In this document: positions 8,683 to 20,187 of the stretch, piece after piece | Position numbering within the stretch: position 1 is the first letter of the stretch | How the letters are laid out: the number at the start of each line of letters is the position of its first letter | Source: Alphaproteobacteria bacterium | Lineage (GTDB): Bacteria > Pseudomonadota > Alphaproteobacteria > Bin95 | Reading direction: 5' to 3' | NCBI GenBank assembly: GCA_963665325.3 | Contig: OZ224045.1 | Coordinates: forward strand, 224,001-288,000 | DNA: 64,000 bases | Made by a program: the position numbers and the translations under genes | Notes under the pieces: generated by a model | Seen by the model: only the letters and a program-made list of their open reading frames with translations | What the model was told of the DNA's origin: nothing | Databases searched by the model: none

Positions 8683-11390
8683 CCGACGAAGCACCGCGGC
8701 ACGTCTTCCTGGTCGACGGCTCCGGCTACATCTTCCGCGCCTTCCACGGTCTGCCGCCGATGACGCGGCCGGACGGCACCCCCGTCAATGCCGTGTACGG
8801 GTTCACGACCATGCTGATGAAGCTGGTCGAGGACACGGATGCCGACCGGATCGCGGTCGTGTTCGATGTTGCCCGGACGACCTTCCGAAACGACATCTAC
8901 GCCGACTACAAGGCGAACCGGTCGGACCCGCCGCCCGAACTCATCCCGCAGTTCGCGCTGATCCGCGAGGCCGTCAGGGCGCTGAACCTCCAGGTCGCCG
9001 AACTGCCCGGCTACGAGGCCGATGACGTTATCGCGACCTATGCCCGCAGCGCGGCGAAAATCGGCGCCGAGGTCACAATCGTCTCCTCCGACAAGGACCT
9101 CATGCAACTCGTCGATGAACGAATTTCTCTGTTCGACCCTGTTAAGCAGCGCAAGATCGGCGAGGCCGAGGTGATCGAGCGCTTCGGCGTGCCGCCGGAG
9201 AAGGTCGTCGACGTACAGGCGCTGGCCGGCGATTCCAGCGACAATGTGCCGGGCGTTCCGGGCATCGGTGTCAAGACGGCCGCGCAGTTGATCGTCGAAT
9301 ACGGAGACCTCGACACGATCCTCGCGCGGGCCGGGGAAATCCGCCAACCGAAGCGGCGCAACAACCTGATCGAATTCGCCGACCAAGCGCGCGTGTCGCG
9401 GGAACTTGTGCTGCTGCGCGACGATGCGCCCGTCGCCGAAGACCTGGACGCTTTTTCCGTCCCCGGCCTGGACCCGGCGCGGTTGCGCCCGTTCCTGGAG
9501 GAGCAGGGCTTTGCCTCGATTCTTGCGCGCCTGGGCGGCGAGGACGAGCAGCCGGCAGCGCCGGTGGAGGCGGACTACGAGCTGGTTACCGACGAGGAGA
9601 CGCTGCGGATCTGGGTCGAAGCCGCATTCGAGGCCGGAATCGTTGCCGTCGACACCGAGACGGACAGCCTGGATGCACAGCGCGCGCGGCTGGTCGGTCT
9701 GTCGCTGGCTGTGGCGCCCGGCAAGGCCTGCTACATCCCTGTCGGCCACAGTCGGACGGCGGAACTGCTGGAAGTCGATGCACCGCCCCAGCTTTCTCCC
9801 GAAACCGCGCTTGCGGTCCTGGGACCGATGCTCGTCTCGGACGCCGTGCTGAAGGTCGGCCAGAACATCAAGTACGATATGAATGTCCTTGCCCAGCATG
9901 GCGTTCGGGTATCGCCGATCGAAGACACGATGATGCTCTCCTATGTGCTGGACGGCTCCAGCCACGGCCACGGCATGGACGAGCTTGCGCGGCTGCACCT
10001 TGGCCATGAGTGCATCGGCTACGAAAGCGTCTGCGGCAAGGGCAAGAACGCCATCACCTTCGACAAGGTGGCGCTCGACAAGGCGCTCGATTACGCGGCC
10101 GAAGACGCCGACATCACGCTCCGGCTGCATGGAATCCTGCGCCCGCGCCTGCGCGAGGAGCGCGTGGCGGCGGTTTACGAGACCATCGAACGGCCGCTGA
10201 TCCCTGTGCTCGTCGACATGGAAAATGCCGGCATCAAGGTCGATGTTGCGGCGCTGAATGCGCTCTCGAAGGACTTTGCGCGCCGTATCGGCGACCTTGA
10301 GGAGGAAATTCACGATCTCGTTGGCCGGTCCTTCAATGTCGGCTCGCCCAAGCAGCTCGGCGAAATCCTGTTCGACGAGATGAGCTTGCCGGGGGGAAAG
10401 AAGGGCAAGACCGGGGCCTACGGAACGGGCGCCGAAGTCCTGGAAGACCTGCGCGCGCAGGGGCACGACCTACCGGCGCGCGTGCTGGACTGGCGTCAGC
10501 TTTCGAAGCTGCGCAGCACCTATACCGAGGCGCTGGCCGCCGCCGCTCATTCCGGCACGCAGCGCGTCCACACTTCGTTTTCCCAGGCGATTGCAGGGAC
10601 AGGGCGGCTTTCGTCCAACGACCCCAACCTCCAGAACATTCCGGTGCGCACCGAGGAAGGCCGGAAGATCCGCCGCGCCTTCGTTGCCGAGCCGGGTCAT
10701 ATGCTCGTCAGCGCCGATTATTCGCAGATCGAATTGCGGTTGCTCGCCCATGTCGCGGAAATCGAACCGCTGCGCGAGGCGTTCCATGCCGGTCTCGACA
10801 TTCACGCCCTCACGGCGTCCCAGGTGTTCGGGGAGCCGGTGGAAGACATGGACCCCATGACCCGCCGCCGCGCCAAGGCGATCAACTTTGGCATCATCTA
10901 CGGCATTTCGGCCTTCGGCCTCTCGCGGCAGCTCGCCATTCCTCAGGGCGAAGCGCGGGCCTATATCGACGCCTATTTCGAGCGTTACCCCGGTATCCGC
11001 GACTATATGGGCCGGGCGCGGGCTTTCGCGCGCAAGAACGGCTATGTGCCGACCATTTTCGGCCGAAAGTGCCGGACACCCCTTATCGCCGAGAAGAACC
11101 CCGCGCGGCGAAGTTTCGCCGAGCGCGCCGCGATCAACGCGCCGCTCCAGGGCTCGGCCGCAGACATCATCAAGCGTGCCATGCTGCGTGTGCCTCCGGC
11201 TCTGACCCGGGCCGGCCTGAATGCGCGAATGATCCTCCAGGTCCACGACGAACTGCTTTTCGAGGTGCCGGAAAGCGAGGTCGAGGAAACCCGCGCCTGC
11301 GTCGCCTCGGCGATGGAGAGCGCTGCGGAACTGGCCGTACCGCTGGTCGTCGAGACCGGAGCGGCCGACAACTGGTCCGACTCGCATTGA
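8679..11390 (+). CDS. polA: DNA polymerase I
   Basis: [12 protein letters not shown] 5'-3' exonuclease, DTET 3'-5' exonuclease, [24 protein letters not shown]. Likely TTG start at 8679. Confidence 0.97.
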   Translation: MTDEAPRHVFLVDGSGYIFRAFHGLPPMTRPDGTPVNAVYGFTTMLMKLVEDTDADRIAVVFDVARTTFRNDIYADYKANRSDPPPELIPQFALIREAVRALNLQVAELPGYEADDVIATYARSAAKIGAEVTIVSSDKDLMQLVDERISLFDPVKQRKIGEAEVIERFGVPPEKVVDVQALAGDSSDNVPGVPGIGVKTAAQLIVEYGDLDTILARAGEIRQPKRRNNLIEFADQARVSRELVLLRDDAPVAEDLDAFSVPGLDPARLRPFLEEQGFASILARLGGEDEQPAAPVEADYELVTDEETLRIWVEAAFEAGIVAVDTETDSLDAQRARLVGLSLAVAPGKACYIPVGHSRTAELLEVDAPPQLSPETALAVLGPMLVSDAVLKVGQNIKYDMNVLAQHGVRVSPIEDTMMLSYVLDGSSHGHGMDELARLHLGHECIGYESVCGKGKNAITFDKVALDKALDYAAEDADITLRLHGILRPRLREERVAAVYETIERPLIPVLVDMENAGIKVDVAALNALSKDFARRIGDLEEEIHDLVGRSFNVGSPKQLGEILFDEMSLPGGKKGKTGAYGTGAEVLEDLRAQGHDLPARVLDWRQLSKLRSTYTEALAAAAHSGTQRVHTSFSQAIAGTGRLSSNDPNLQNIPVRTEEGRKIRRAFVAEPGHMLVSADYSQIELRLLAHVAEIEPLREAFHAGLDIHALTASQVFGEPVEDMDPMTRRRAKAINFGIIYGISAFGLSRQLAIPQGEARAYIDAYFERYPGIRDYMGRARAFARKNGYVPTIFGRKCRTPLIAEKNPARRSFAERAAINAPLQGSAADIIKRAMLRVPPALTRAGLNARMILQVHDELLFEVPESEVEETRACVASAMESAAELAVPLVVETGAADNWSDSH

Positions 11391-11467
11391 GCCGCGGCGG
11401 CCGCGCCGGCCGGGGATAAGCGTACGGCTCCCTTGCCGGGCAGGCCTTCATCGGTCATAGGTGGCGC

Positions 11468-13987
11468 GTGATGACTGACCGGCAGGATGACGACCGCGAA
11501 GTTGACGAAACACTGGGGGACGCCGAGCGGCAGGCCGCCGTGTTCACCCACACCCGGCGCGCGCGGCGCAAGGAAATCGCGGAAGACTATGTCGAGCTGA
11601 TCGACGACCTGATAGAGGCGAACGGCGAGGCCCGCCTCGTCGAGATCGCGCGCCGCATGGGCGTGACCCATATGACGGCCAGTAAGGCGGTGGCCCGCCT
11701 GCAACGCGACGGGCTGGTGACGACCCGGCCCTACCGCTCGATCTTCCTGACCGGGAAAGGCCGCACGATGGCGCTGCGCTCGCGCCGGCGCCACCAGATC
11801 GTGCTGGACTTCCTGAAGACGATCGGTGTCAGCGATGAGACGGCCAGGCGAGACGCCGAGGGTATCGAGCACCATGTCAGCGAGGAAACGCTGCGGGCCT
11901 TCACGAAGATCAGCGAGGGAGACCCCGCCGCAAGCCCGCCTCGCGCGGAACGGCGGCCGCACAGCATTACCCAGCACGGACAGGAGCGCATCGACCCCTA
12001 TGCCTGGCTCCGCGCGGAAAACTGGCAGGAGGCGATGCGCGATCCCTCCGTTCTGCCCGAGGATATCCGCCGGCATTTGGAGGCCGAGAACGAATACACG
12101 GAAACGGTCATGGCACCCTTGCGCGAGCTGCAGGAGCGGTTGGCGCAGGAGATGCGCGCCAGAATCAAGGAAGACGATACGACGGCCCCGGCTCCCGACG
12201 GGCCGTTTTCCTACTACACCCGGTTCGTGACCGGCGGCGAGCACCCGCTTTTCTGCCGGCAGGACGGCAATGGCGAAGAGACGGTCCTGCTCGACGGCAA
12301 TCTGCTGGCGGAAGGTCATCCCTACTGCCGCATCGCCGCCTGCACGCACAGCCCTGACCACAAGCTGATCGCCTACACGGTCGATCTGTCCGGCTCCGAA
12401 GACTTTACGCTGGCGTTCCGGGACGCCGTCAGCGGCGCGGACCTTGCGGACAGGATCGAACGGACGGCGGGCGTCGTCGTCTGGGCCAGTGACAGCAGCA
12501 CGGTCGTCTATACCGTGCGCGACGACAATGCCCGGCCCCGCTGGGTTTACCGCCGCAGCCTCGGAGGTACGCCCGAGCTCGTTTACGAAGAGCCCGACCC
12601 CGGATTCTTCCTGGACGTAGGAAAGACCCAGAGCGGACGGTTCATCGTCCTGGATTCCCATGACCACACCAGCGGCGAAATCCGCCTCGTCGATGCCGAC
12701 CGGCCCGGGAGCCCGCCGCGGCTGGTGGCCGCCCGGCGACCCGATGTCGAATATTCGCTGGGAGACCAGGAGCAGCAGCTGCTGATCCTCGCCAACGACC
12801 GGGAGGCCGAGGATTTCCGCATTGCCGCGGCCCCGGTCGATGCCCCGGACCCGGCCGCGTGGGAGGACCTGGTACCGCACAAGCCGGGACGCCTAATCCT
12901 GCAATTGATTGTGTTCCGGGACTGGATCGTGCGGCTGGAGCGCGAGGATGGATTGCCCCGGATAGTGGTGCGTGCCGCCGCCTCCGGCGAGGAACACGCT
13001 ATCGCCTTCGACGAAGAGGCCTATTCGCTGGGTATCCTTTCCGGCTTCGAATACGCGACCGACGTGCTGCGTTTCGCCTACTCCTCGCCGACGACGCCGA
13101 CGCATGTCTACGACTATGACATGGCCGGCCGTACGCGCCGGCTGCTGCGCAAACAGGAAGTGCCGAGCGGCCACGACCCCGGGGACTACCGGACCCGGCG
13201 GCTGAACGCGACGGCACCCGACGGCGAGGAAGTGCCCGTCACCCTGCTCTATCGCGCCGACCTCGAATTCTCCCCGCCGCCGCCCTGCCTGCTCTATGGC
13301 TACGGCGCCTACGGCATGTCGATCCCTGCGGGTTTCTCAACTTCGAGGCTCAGCCTCGTCGATCGGGGATTCGTTTATGCCATCGCCCATATCAGGGGCG
13401 GCACGGACCGCGGCTACCGCTGGTACCGAACCGGCAAGCTGGTGGGCAAGACCAACAGTTTCGACGATTTCATCGCCGCAGGACGCCATCTGGCGACCGA
13501 GGGCTTTGCAGGCGGCATCGTCGCCCACGGAGGCAGCGCCGGAGGATTGCTGGTCGGTGCAGCCGCCAATCGCGCGCCGGACCTCTTCAGGGCGGTGCTT
13601 GCGGAAGTGCCATTCGTCGATGTGCTCAACACCATGTCCGATCCGACCTTGCCGCTGACGCCGCCGGAATGGCCGGAATGGGGCAACCCCATAGAGGACG
13701 AGGAGGCGTTCGGGCGCATAGCCGCTTACAGCCCGTACGAAAATGTCGCCGCAACGTCCTATCCCGACATTTTCGCCACGGCGGGCGTTTCGGACCCCCG
13801 GGTCACCTATTGGGAGCCGGCGAAATGGATCGCCGCGCTGCGCGAGACGGCCGAAGGCGATCCCGTGCTATTGTTGCGAACGAACATGGTTGCGGGCCAT
13901 GGCGGCGCATCGGGCCGCTTCGAGACATTGAACGAACTTGCGGAAATATACGCCTTCGCGCTCAGCCGTTTCGGGATAACCGACTAG
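11468..13987 (+). CDS. MntR-type Mn-binding regulator fused to oligopeptidase B (S9A, PtrB-like)
   Basis: Residues 1 to about 150: EDYVELIDDL, PYRSIFLT, DAEGIEHHVSEETL. Remainder: DPYAWLR, YGYGAYG, AHIRGG, GGSAGG, DPRV, GHGG. Confidence 0.88.
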   Translation: MMTDRQDDDREVDETLGDAERQAAVFTHTRRARRKEIAEDYVELIDDLIEANGEARLVEIARRMGVTHMTASKAVARLQRDGLVTTRPYRSIFLTGKGRTMALRSRRRHQIVLDFLKTIGVSDETARRDAEGIEHHVSEETLRAFTKISEGDPAASPPRAERRPHSITQHGQERIDPYAWLRAENWQEAMRDPSVLPEDIRRHLEAENEYTETVMAPLRELQERLAQEMRARIKEDDTTAPAPDGPFSYYTRFVTGGEHPLFCRQDGNGEETVLLDGNLLAEGHPYCRIAACTHSPDHKLIAYTVDLSGSEDFTLAFRDAVSGADLADRIERTAGVVVWASDSSTVVYTVRDDNARPRWVYRRSLGGTPELVYEEPDPGFFLDVGKTQSGRFIVLDSHDHTSGEIRLVDADRPGSPPRLVAARRPDVEYSLGDQEQQLLILANDREAEDFRIAAAPVDAPDPAAWEDLVPHKPGRLILQLIVFRDWIVRLEREDGLPRIVVRAAASGEEHAIAFDEEAYSLGILSGFEYATDVLRFAYSSPTTPTHVYDYDMAGRTRRLLRKQEVPSGHDPGDYRTRRLNATAPDGEEVPVTLLYRADLEFSPPPPCLLYGYGAYGMSIPAGFSTSRLSLVDRGFVYAIAHIRGGTDRGYRWYRTGKLVGKTNSFDDFIAAGRHLATEGFAGGIVAHGGSAGGLLVGAAANRAPDLFRAVLAEVPFVDVLNTMSDPTLPLTPPEWPEWGNPIEDEEAFGRIAAYSPYENVAATSYPDIFATAGVSDPRVTYWEPAKWIAALRETAEGDPVLLLRTNMVAGHGGASGRFETLNELAEIYAFALSRFGITD

Positions 13988-14514
13988 CGGCCGCCTCCCA
14001 GATTGCGCTCGAACTGCTCTTTCGTCAGTTCCATTCCGACATAGATGCGGTAAGCCGAAAAGGATGCGTTTTCCTTTACCGGGACATCCAGGACCAGTGG
14101 CTCCGCCCTCGCGGCCTCGGTCCGGCTTCCCTCGAACGCGACCTGCACCGAAAACGCCTTCCGCGCCGCTACGCCGCCCTCGGGATCGACCACCGCAACG
14201 AAATAATCGAAATTCTGCTCGGTCGCCGAGCTGGCGGGGCCGCGCTGCGTGCGGAACACGATGTCGAGGTCGATCGAACCGGTCCTCGTGTCGCCGTCGA
14301 AGCTGCACTCGGCTGCCAGGCTCCCGACATTCGCCCGGAATTCAACATCCGTCAGGTCGCTGCCGCCGCTCCTGAATCTCGTCAGATGCCCCGCATTGTC
14401 GAGAACGCCCACCGTCGGGCAGGGGACGGTCGATCCCTCGAAAACCGAGCACCCGCCCAATACCGAAAGCGCCGCCGCCAATACTGCGGCCCGGGCCGTA
14501 AATCCTCTCGCCAT
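13984..14514 (-). CDS. Hypothetical lipoprotein
   Basis: Lipobox LGGC after a hydrophobic stretch; divergent from ispH. Confidence 0.7.
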   Translation of the reverse strand: MARGFTARAAVLAAALSVLGGCSVFEGSTVPCPTVGVLDNAGHLTRFRSGGSDLTDVEFRANVGSLAAECSFDGDTRTGSIDLDIVFRTQRGPASSATEQNFDYFVAVVDPEGGVAARKAFSVQVAFEGSRTEAARAEPLVLDVPVKENASFSAYRIYVGMELTKEQFERNLGGGR

Positions 14515-14589
14515 CGACTGCCCTCTGGATTAGGTTCGGCGGCGCGCCATGTATGTGCCCAACCTTAGAACGGACCGGAGGACCGCACA

Positions 14590-15540
14590 ATGACAGGAGA
14601 GAAGGCTCCTCTCACCGTCCGCCTCGCCGGTCCGCGCGGCTTTTGCGCCGGGGTGGTCCGCGCGATCCAGGTTGTCGAGGCGGCGCTGGAGCGTCATGGC
14701 GCGCCGGTTTATGTGCGCCACGAAATTGTCCACAATCGTTTCGTTGTAGAGACTTTGCAGGCAAAAGGCGCAGTCTTCGTCGAAGAGCTGGACGAGGTTC
14801 CGAACGATGTGCCAGTCGTGTTTTCGGCGCATGGCGTGCCGAAGTCCGTTCCGGAAGAAGCCCAGCGGCGCGAACTCCACTACATCGACGCCACCTGCCC
14901 GCTGGTGAGCAAGATCCATCGCGAAGCCGAGCGGCATTTCACGGTCGGCAGGCATCTGTTGTTGATCGGGCATGCCGGCCATCCGGAAGTTGTCGGAACG
15001 ATGGGGCAATTGCCGGACGGCGCGGTCCAACTGGTCCAGACCGTCGCCGAAGCCCGGCAGACCGAAGTCCCGGCGGACCGCGAACTCGCCTACGTTACTC
15101 AGACGACACTTTCGGTCGACGACACGGCAGAGATAATCGAAGTGTTGCGCGCACGCTTCCCCGAACTGCACGAACCCAGGCGGGAAGACATTTGCTATGC
15201 CACGACCAATCGTCAGGCAGCGGTCAAGGATGTCGTTTCCGGCGCAGACGCTGCAATCGTGCTGGGTTCCCCGAACTCCTCGAACTCGAATCGACTGGTC
15301 GAAGTGGCCAAGGCGGCCGGATGCCCACGCGCATTCCTGGTGGATAGTGCGGCCCGCATCGACTGGGAAGCGCTTGCGGATGTGAAAGTATTGGCGGTCA
15401 CTGCGGGGGCTTCCGCACCGGAAGTTCTGGTCGAAGAGGTCGTGGAGGCCTGCCGGCAACGCTTCGACGTGACGGTGGAAGAGTGGACGAGCACGGTCGA
15501 GACCGTGAAGTTCAAGCTGCCGCGCGGACTGGCTGCCTGA
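14590..15540 (+). CDS. ispH: 4-hydroxy-3-methylbut-2-enyl diphosphate reductase
   Basis: [36 protein letters not shown]. Confidence 0.97.
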   Translation: MTGEKAPLTVRLAGPRGFCAGVVRAIQVVEAALERHGAPVYVRHEIVHNRFVVETLQAKGAVFVEELDEVPNDVPVVFSAHGVPKSVPEEAQRRELHYIDATCPLVSKIHREAERHFTVGRHLLLIGHAGHPEVVGTMGQLPDGAVQLVQTVAEARQTEVPADRELAYVTQTTLSVDDTAEIIEVLRARFPELHEPRREDICYATTNRQAAVKDVVSGADAAIVLGSPNSSNSNRLVEVAKAAGCPRAFLVDSAARIDWEALADVKVLAVTAGASAPEVLVEEVVEACRQRFDVTVEEWTSTVETVKFKLPRGLAA

Positions 15541-15546
15541 GACGGG

Positions 15547-16464
15547 ATGGCCGTCTATACGCCGGTCGGCGAAGCCGCACTCGAGCGGTTCCTGACCGGT
15601 TACCGGTTGGGCGGCGTGCAGCGCTTCGAACCCATTCCGGAGGGAATCGACAACACCAACTACCTGCTCGAAGTAACTTCGGGCCGTTATGTGCTGACCT
15701 TGTTCGAAAACCGAATTGACCCCGCGGACCTGCCGTTCTTCGTCGATCTGATGGATTACCTGGCCGTTCGCGGCGTGCCCTGCCCTGCCCCGGTGCCTCG
15801 CCGAGACGGAACGAGACTGGCGCAGCTGGCAGGGCGGACGGCGCTGATCGTGACTTTCCTGGAAGGAGAACGCGACCCCGGCGGGCTCCGGGCTATCGGC
15901 GAGGCGCTTGCCCGGCTTCATCTGGCCGGCCAGGGATTCCCTTCGAGACGCGCCAACGATCTGGGCCCGGGAGGATGGCATCGGCTCGCCGCGCTGACAT
16001 CCGGCCGCGCCGACGAGGTGGCGCCCGGATTGGCCCGGCGTATCGCCGAAGCGTTGGCGGAATTGAGCGGGCGCTGGCCCAGGGGTCTTCCGGACGGTGC
16101 CATCCATGCGGACCTCTTTCCTGACAACGCGGTTTTTCGGGATGGAGCGGTTTCGGGAATCTACGATTTCTACTTCGCCTGCACGGATATGTTGGCCTAC
16201 GACCTCGCTATTGCTCAGGTTGCGTGGACCGTGGACCCGGCGGGACGATTCGATGTCCATGCAGCGGCCGAAATGCAGGAAGGCTACGAGGCCGAAAGAC
16301 CGCTCGAACCGGAGGAACTACGTGCGTTGGCGACGCTCAGACGGGGTGCCGCGCTTCGCTTTCTTTTGACCCGGCTGCATGACCGGTTGCACCCCGCGCC
16401 CGCTGCATTGGTGACTCCCAAGGACCCGCTCGAATATCTGCGCAAGCTGGACGGGTTGTCGTGA
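15547..16464 (+). CDS. thrB: Homoserine kinase type II
   Basis: [35 protein letters not shown]; ispH-thrB-rnhA synteny. Confidence 0.92.
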   Translation: MAVYTPVGEAALERFLTGYRLGGVQRFEPIPEGIDNTNYLLEVTSGRYVLTLFENRIDPADLPFFVDLMDYLAVRGVPCPAPVPRRDGTRLAQLAGRTALIVTFLEGERDPGGLRAIGEALARLHLAGQGFPSRRANDLGPGGWHRLAALTSGRADEVAPGLARRIAEALAELSGRWPRGLPDGAIHADLFPDNAVFRDGAVSGIYDFYFACTDMLAYDLAIAQVAWTVDPAGRFDVHAAAEMQEGYEAERPLEPEELRALATLRRGAALRFLLTRLHDRLHPAPAALVTPKDPLEYLRKLDGLS

Positions 16465-16904
16465 CCGAAGTCGAAATCTTTACCGACGGCGCCTGCCTGG
16501 GCAATCCGGGCCCCGGCGGCTGGGCGGCTCTGCTGCGCTGCGGCGCGCAGGAGTCGGAACTGGCCGGCGGCGACCCCCATACCACCAACAACCGCATGGA
16601 GTTGATGGCGGCTATTGCGGGTCTCGAAGCGCTTACCAGGCCCTGTTCCGTGAGGCTGACGACAGACAGCCGGTATGTCCTGGACGGCATCCAATCCTGG
16701 TTGCCGGCATGGAAGCGCAATGGCTGGCGCACCGCAGCCAGGAAGCCGGTGAAGAATATCGACCTGTGGCAGAGGCTCGATACGGCGTCGGCCCGCCACG
16801 AGATCGAGTGGCATTGGGTCCGCGGCCATGCCGGCCACGCCGAGAACGAGCGGGTAGACGCCCTCGCGCGGCAGCAGGCCGAACGCGAGGGCGTCGAACT
16901 CTAG
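16461..16904 (+). CDS. rnhA: Ribonuclease HI
   Basis: [35 protein letters not shown]. Confidence 0.97.
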   Translation: MTEVEIFTDGACLGNPGPGGWAALLRCGAQESELAGGDPHTTNNRMELMAAIAGLEALTRPCSVRLTTDSRYVLDGIQSWLPAWKRNGWRTAARKPVKNIDLWQRLDTASARHEIEWHWVRGHAGHAENERVDALARQQAEREGVEL

Positions 16905-17383
16905 AGCTGTTCGAGAATCTTCTCGGCGCTGGAAACTTCGAAGGCCCCGCCGTCCTCCAGGTTCAGGTGCGTGACCGTGCCGTCGTCCACGATCATCGAA
17001 TAGCGGCGCGCGCGCACGCCGAGTCCGAGGCCGCTCAGGTCCAGTTCGACTCCCATCGCCTTGGCAAGGTCGCCACTGCCGTCGGCGAGCATACGGACCT
17101 TGCCCGCGGCGCCCCGTTGCTCGCCCCAGGCGCCCATGACGAACGCATCGTTGACCGCGAAGCAAACGATGTCGTCCACCCCCTTCTCCCGGATTGCCTC
17201 GGCCTTATCGACGAAACCCGGCAGATGTCTTGCCGAGCATGTCGGCGTGAAGGCGCCCGGTACGCAGAAGGCAACGACCTTCCTGCCGCCGAAAAGGTCT
17301 GCGGTGTCGACGTTTTGCGGCCCGCCGTCGGTCATTTCCTTCAAGGTCGCCGCCGGAACCTTGTCTCCCTTGGCAATCGTCAT
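16901..17383 (-). CDS. Peroxiredoxin, Prx5 type
   Basis: [24 protein letters not shown]. Confidence 0.93.
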   Translation of the reverse strand: MTIAKGDKVPAATLKEMTDGGPQNVDTADLFGGRKVVAFCVPGAFTPTCSARHLPGFVDKAEAIREKGVDDIVCFAVNDAFVMGAWGEQRGAAGKVRMLADGSGDLAKAMGVELDLSGLGLGVRARRYSMIVDDGTVTHLNLEDGGAFEVSSAEKILEQL

Positions 17384-17524
17384 GCCTTGCTACTCCTCGC
17401 ATTGGATGGCGCACCATAGAAACCCTCTTCGCCCGTGCAAAGCAGCGGATTGAGGACAGGTCGAACTGGACTGCCTGGCGGCCTGTCTTCTATAACGACG
17501 GGGTCGAATTGGCCGGAGGCGCTT

Positions 17525-18478
17525 ATGCCGGATTCGGTGCCGGCGGGCGTAGCGGACCGCGGGAAATTCCAAGACCCCAAGTTTACTGCGGACGGCAGCC
17601 GCCGCGCCAGGGTCGCGCTACGCAGGCTCGAAACGTTGTGGATCAACACCGGCACGCTCTGCAACCTCGCCTGCCGCAACTGCTATATCGAGTCGAGCCC
17701 ACGCAACGACCGCCTTGCCTATATCCGCGCGGACGAGACGGCGGCATATCTCGACGAGATCGCCAGAGCCGGCACCGGCACCCGGGTTATCGGTTTCACC
17801 GGCGGCGAACCGTTCATGAATCCGGAGTTCATGGCCATGCTGGCGGACGCGCTCGAACGCGGTTTCGAGACATTGACGCTGACCAACGCGATGCGCCCGA
17901 TGATGAAGCATCGCGAAGCGCTGCTGGCGCTGAGAGCCCTGCACAGCGAGCGGCTTCGTATCCGGGTCTCGCTGGACCACTACACCGAGGCCCTGCACGA
18001 GACGGAGCGCGGCGAACGCAGCTGGGCGCCGGCATTGGCCGGGCTGTCGTGGCTCGACGGGAACGGGTTCGCTCCGGAAGTCGGGGCCCGCACCTGCTGG
18101 GGAGAGGACGAAGCCTCCACACGCGCCGGCTATGCACAGCTGTTCGCAACGCTCGGCCTGACCTGCAATGCCGACAACCCGATTGCGCTTACGCTCTTTC
18201 CCGAAATGGACGAAGGCGCTCCCGTGCCCGAGATCACCGCCGGTTGCTGGGCGACGCTCGGCAAGTCGCCTGCGGATGTCATGTGTTCATCCTCCCGCAT
18301 GATTGTGAAGCGCCGGGGCGCGATGAGGCCCGCTGTCGTTGCCTGCACCCTCCTGCCCTACGACCACCGCTTCGAGCTTGGCGAGACGCTGTCCGAAGCT
18401 GCAGGGCCGGTGTCCCTGAACCATGTGCATTGCGCCAGGTTCTGCGTGCTCGGCGGTGGAGCCTGCGGCGGCGCGTGA
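17525..18478 (+). CDS. Radical SAM protein of unknown function
   Basis: CNLACRNC (CxxxCxxC), FTGGEPF, C-terminal Cys cluster HCARFCVLGGGAC; GGAGG RBS before ATG 17525. Confidence 0.85.
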   Translation: MPDSVPAGVADRGKFQDPKFTADGSRRARVALRRLETLWINTGTLCNLACRNCYIESSPRNDRLAYIRADETAAYLDEIARAGTGTRVIGFTGGEPFMNPEFMAMLADALERGFETLTLTNAMRPMMKHREALLALRALHSERLRIRVSLDHYTEALHETERGERSWAPALAGLSWLDGNGFAPEVGARTCWGEDEASTRAGYAQLFATLGLTCNADNPIALTLFPEMDEGAPVPEITAGCWATLGKSPADVMCSSSRMIVKRRGAMRPAVVACTLLPYDHRFELGETLSEAAGPVSLNHVHCARFCVLGGGACGGA

Positions 18479-18519
18479 GGTTGTTCGAACTTCGGGATCG
18501 GTCGTTTCGGATTGACGCC

Positions 18520-18572
18520 TTGACTTGGTTGCCTGGGCGACCATATGTTGGCATAAAGTCTCCTAGGTAACT
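18520..18572 (+). promoter_or_regulatory. Putative sigma70 promoter with MarR-type operator palindromes
   Basis: TTGACT-18nt-TATGTT. The spacer is the imperfect inverted repeat TGGTTGCC-tg-GGCGACCA. A second related palindrome AGTCTCCTAGGTAACT lies at 18557-18572, just before marR. Confidence 0.5.
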
Positions 18573-18592
18573 AAATTCAGGTCTCCAATCAC

Positions 18593-19072
18593 ATGGAAGA
18601 CGAACGCTTTTTCGGCTTTCTGGTCTCGGATGTTGCCCGCTTGCTGCGCACGGAGTTCGACCGCCGGGTGCGGGATTTGGGTCTCACGCGGTCGCAGTGG
18701 CTGGCGCTCACCCGCATTTTCCGCCAACCCGGCTGCACGCAGTCGGAACTGGCCGAGACCCTGGAGATGGAAAAGGGCCCGGCGGGGCGCCTGATCGACC
18801 GGCTTGAGGACAACGGGTTCGTGGAGCGCAAGGCTGACCCGACGGACCGACGCGTCAATCGGATCCATCTGACGGCGGAGGCCGAGGCGATCGAACGCAC
18901 GATGCGCGAGATCGCTCTCCAGACGATTCACGAAGCCCTGAGCGATCTCGACGAAGCCGAGCGCGACAAGGCTGTCGAGGTGCTGATTACCGTCAAGGCT
19001 CGTTTGCAGGAAATGCTCCAGAACAGTAACCAAGCCGCTAATGCGGCCGACCGACAGATGGCAGCCCAATGA
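18593..19072 (+). CDS. MarR family transcriptional regulator
   Basis: LGLTRSQW, TQSELAE, RLIDRLE..GFVER..DPTDRR. Confidence 0.92.
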   Translation: MEDERFFGFLVSDVARLLRTEFDRRVRDLGLTRSQWLALTRIFRQPGCTQSELAETLEMEKGPAGRLIDRLEDNGFVERKADPTDRRVNRIHLTAEAEAIERTMREIALQTIHEALSDLDEAERDKAVEVLITVKARLQEMLQNSNQAANAADRQMAAQ

Positions 19073-20187
19073 GTCTGCGCCGCGTAAGCCGGGCCCTGAC
19101 CCGCCTGTTCCTGCTGATCGTGGTTCCGCTTACCGCCATCGCGATCGGAGCCTATGTCTATCTGACCGGCGGGCGCTATGTGACGACCGAAAACGCCTAT
19201 GTGAAGAACGACATCATCCAGGTCAGCGCAGACGTCGAAGGACGTGTCGTGGATGTCGGCGTCCTTGACCATCGCGAAGTCCGTCCCGGCGACCTCCTGT
19301 TCCGGATCGACCCGGTCCCCTTCGAAATCCGTCTTGCGCGCGCCGAAGCGGAGCTGGGTATGGTACGCGACGAATTGCGCAGCCTGCGGGCCGAATACGA
19401 TGTAGCCGCCGGTCAGGTGGAGGTAACCGAAGGCGAGTTGCATGAGGCGCTCGAGGCCGTTCGCTACCACCGGATGCAGGTGAAGCGCCTGCGCAGCCTG
19501 CAGCGCAGGGGCGCGACGGCTCGAATCAATCTGGAAGCTGCGGAGCACGACCTGGCGGTCGCCCGCCAGCGGACCGAAGTGGTCCGCAAGCAAGCGGAAG
19601 TGGCGCGGAAGCGTATGAGCCGGGTGCTGGTGCAGTTGGGGGGAACTCTCGACACACCTGTCGAGAGCAATCCGATGTACCGCGAAAAGGAATCGCTGCG
19701 CGATGCGGCACGATTCGATCTCGAACGTACCGTTGTCCGTGCTGCGGTCGGCGGCATCGTCAGCAATGTCAAATTGCAGGCCGGCGAATATGTCGAATCC
19801 GGCAGGCCGATATTCTCCATCATCGCCGGGCGCCAGCCATGGGTCGAGGCCAATCTCAAGGAGACGGAGTTGACCCATGTCCGCGTCGGCCAGAAAGCGA
19901 CAGTCGAGGTCGATGCCTATCCGGATGTGGTCTGGCAGGCGGTGGTGGAAAGCATCAGCCCGGCGACAGGTGCGGAATTCGCGGTGCTGCCGCCCCAAAA
20001 TGCGACCGGCAACTGGGTCAAGGTGGTGCAGCGCCTGCCAGTGCGTTTGCAGCTTCAGGAACGGCCCGGCGCGCCTCCCCTGCGTGCCGGCATGACCGTT
20101 TCCGCATCGATCGACACGGTGCGCGAGCGCCATCTGCTGACGGTCATCAAGGAAAGCTGGGCTAGCACCCGGTCCGGCGCCGAATAG
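19069..20187 (+). CDS. HlyD/EmrA family membrane fusion protein
   Basis: TENAYV, WVEANLKET, LPPQNATGNWVKVVQRLPV. Confidence 0.92.
   Translation: MSLRRVSRALTRLFLLIVVPLTAIAIGAYVYLTGGRYVTTENAYVKNDIIQVSADVEGRVVDVGVLDHREVRPGDLLFRIDPVPFEIRLARAEAELGMVRDELRSLRAEYDVAAGQVEVTEGELHEALEAVRYHRMQVKRLRSLQRRGATARINLEAAEHDLAVARQRTEVVRKQAEVARKRMSRVLVQLGGTLDTPVESNPMYREKESLRDAARFDLERTVVRAAVGGIVSNVKLQAGEYVESGRPIFSIIAGRQPWVEANLKETELTHVRVGQKATVEVDAYPDVVWQAVVESISPATGAEFAVLPPQNATGNWVKVVQRLPVRLQLQERPGAPPLRAGMTVSASIDTVRERHLLTVIKESWASTRSGAE

Noticed and set aside
8625-12880. Long antisense ORFs (8625..10466, 11042..12880) and similar overlapping ORFs across the window
   Set aside because: They are shadows of polA, mntR-ptrB and other real genes, caused by stop-codon scarcity at high GC.
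18470-18500. Sec read-through at the radical SAM TGA
   Set aside because: The TGA follows a natural-looking C-terminus, with no UxxC/CxxU context and no convincing hairpin.
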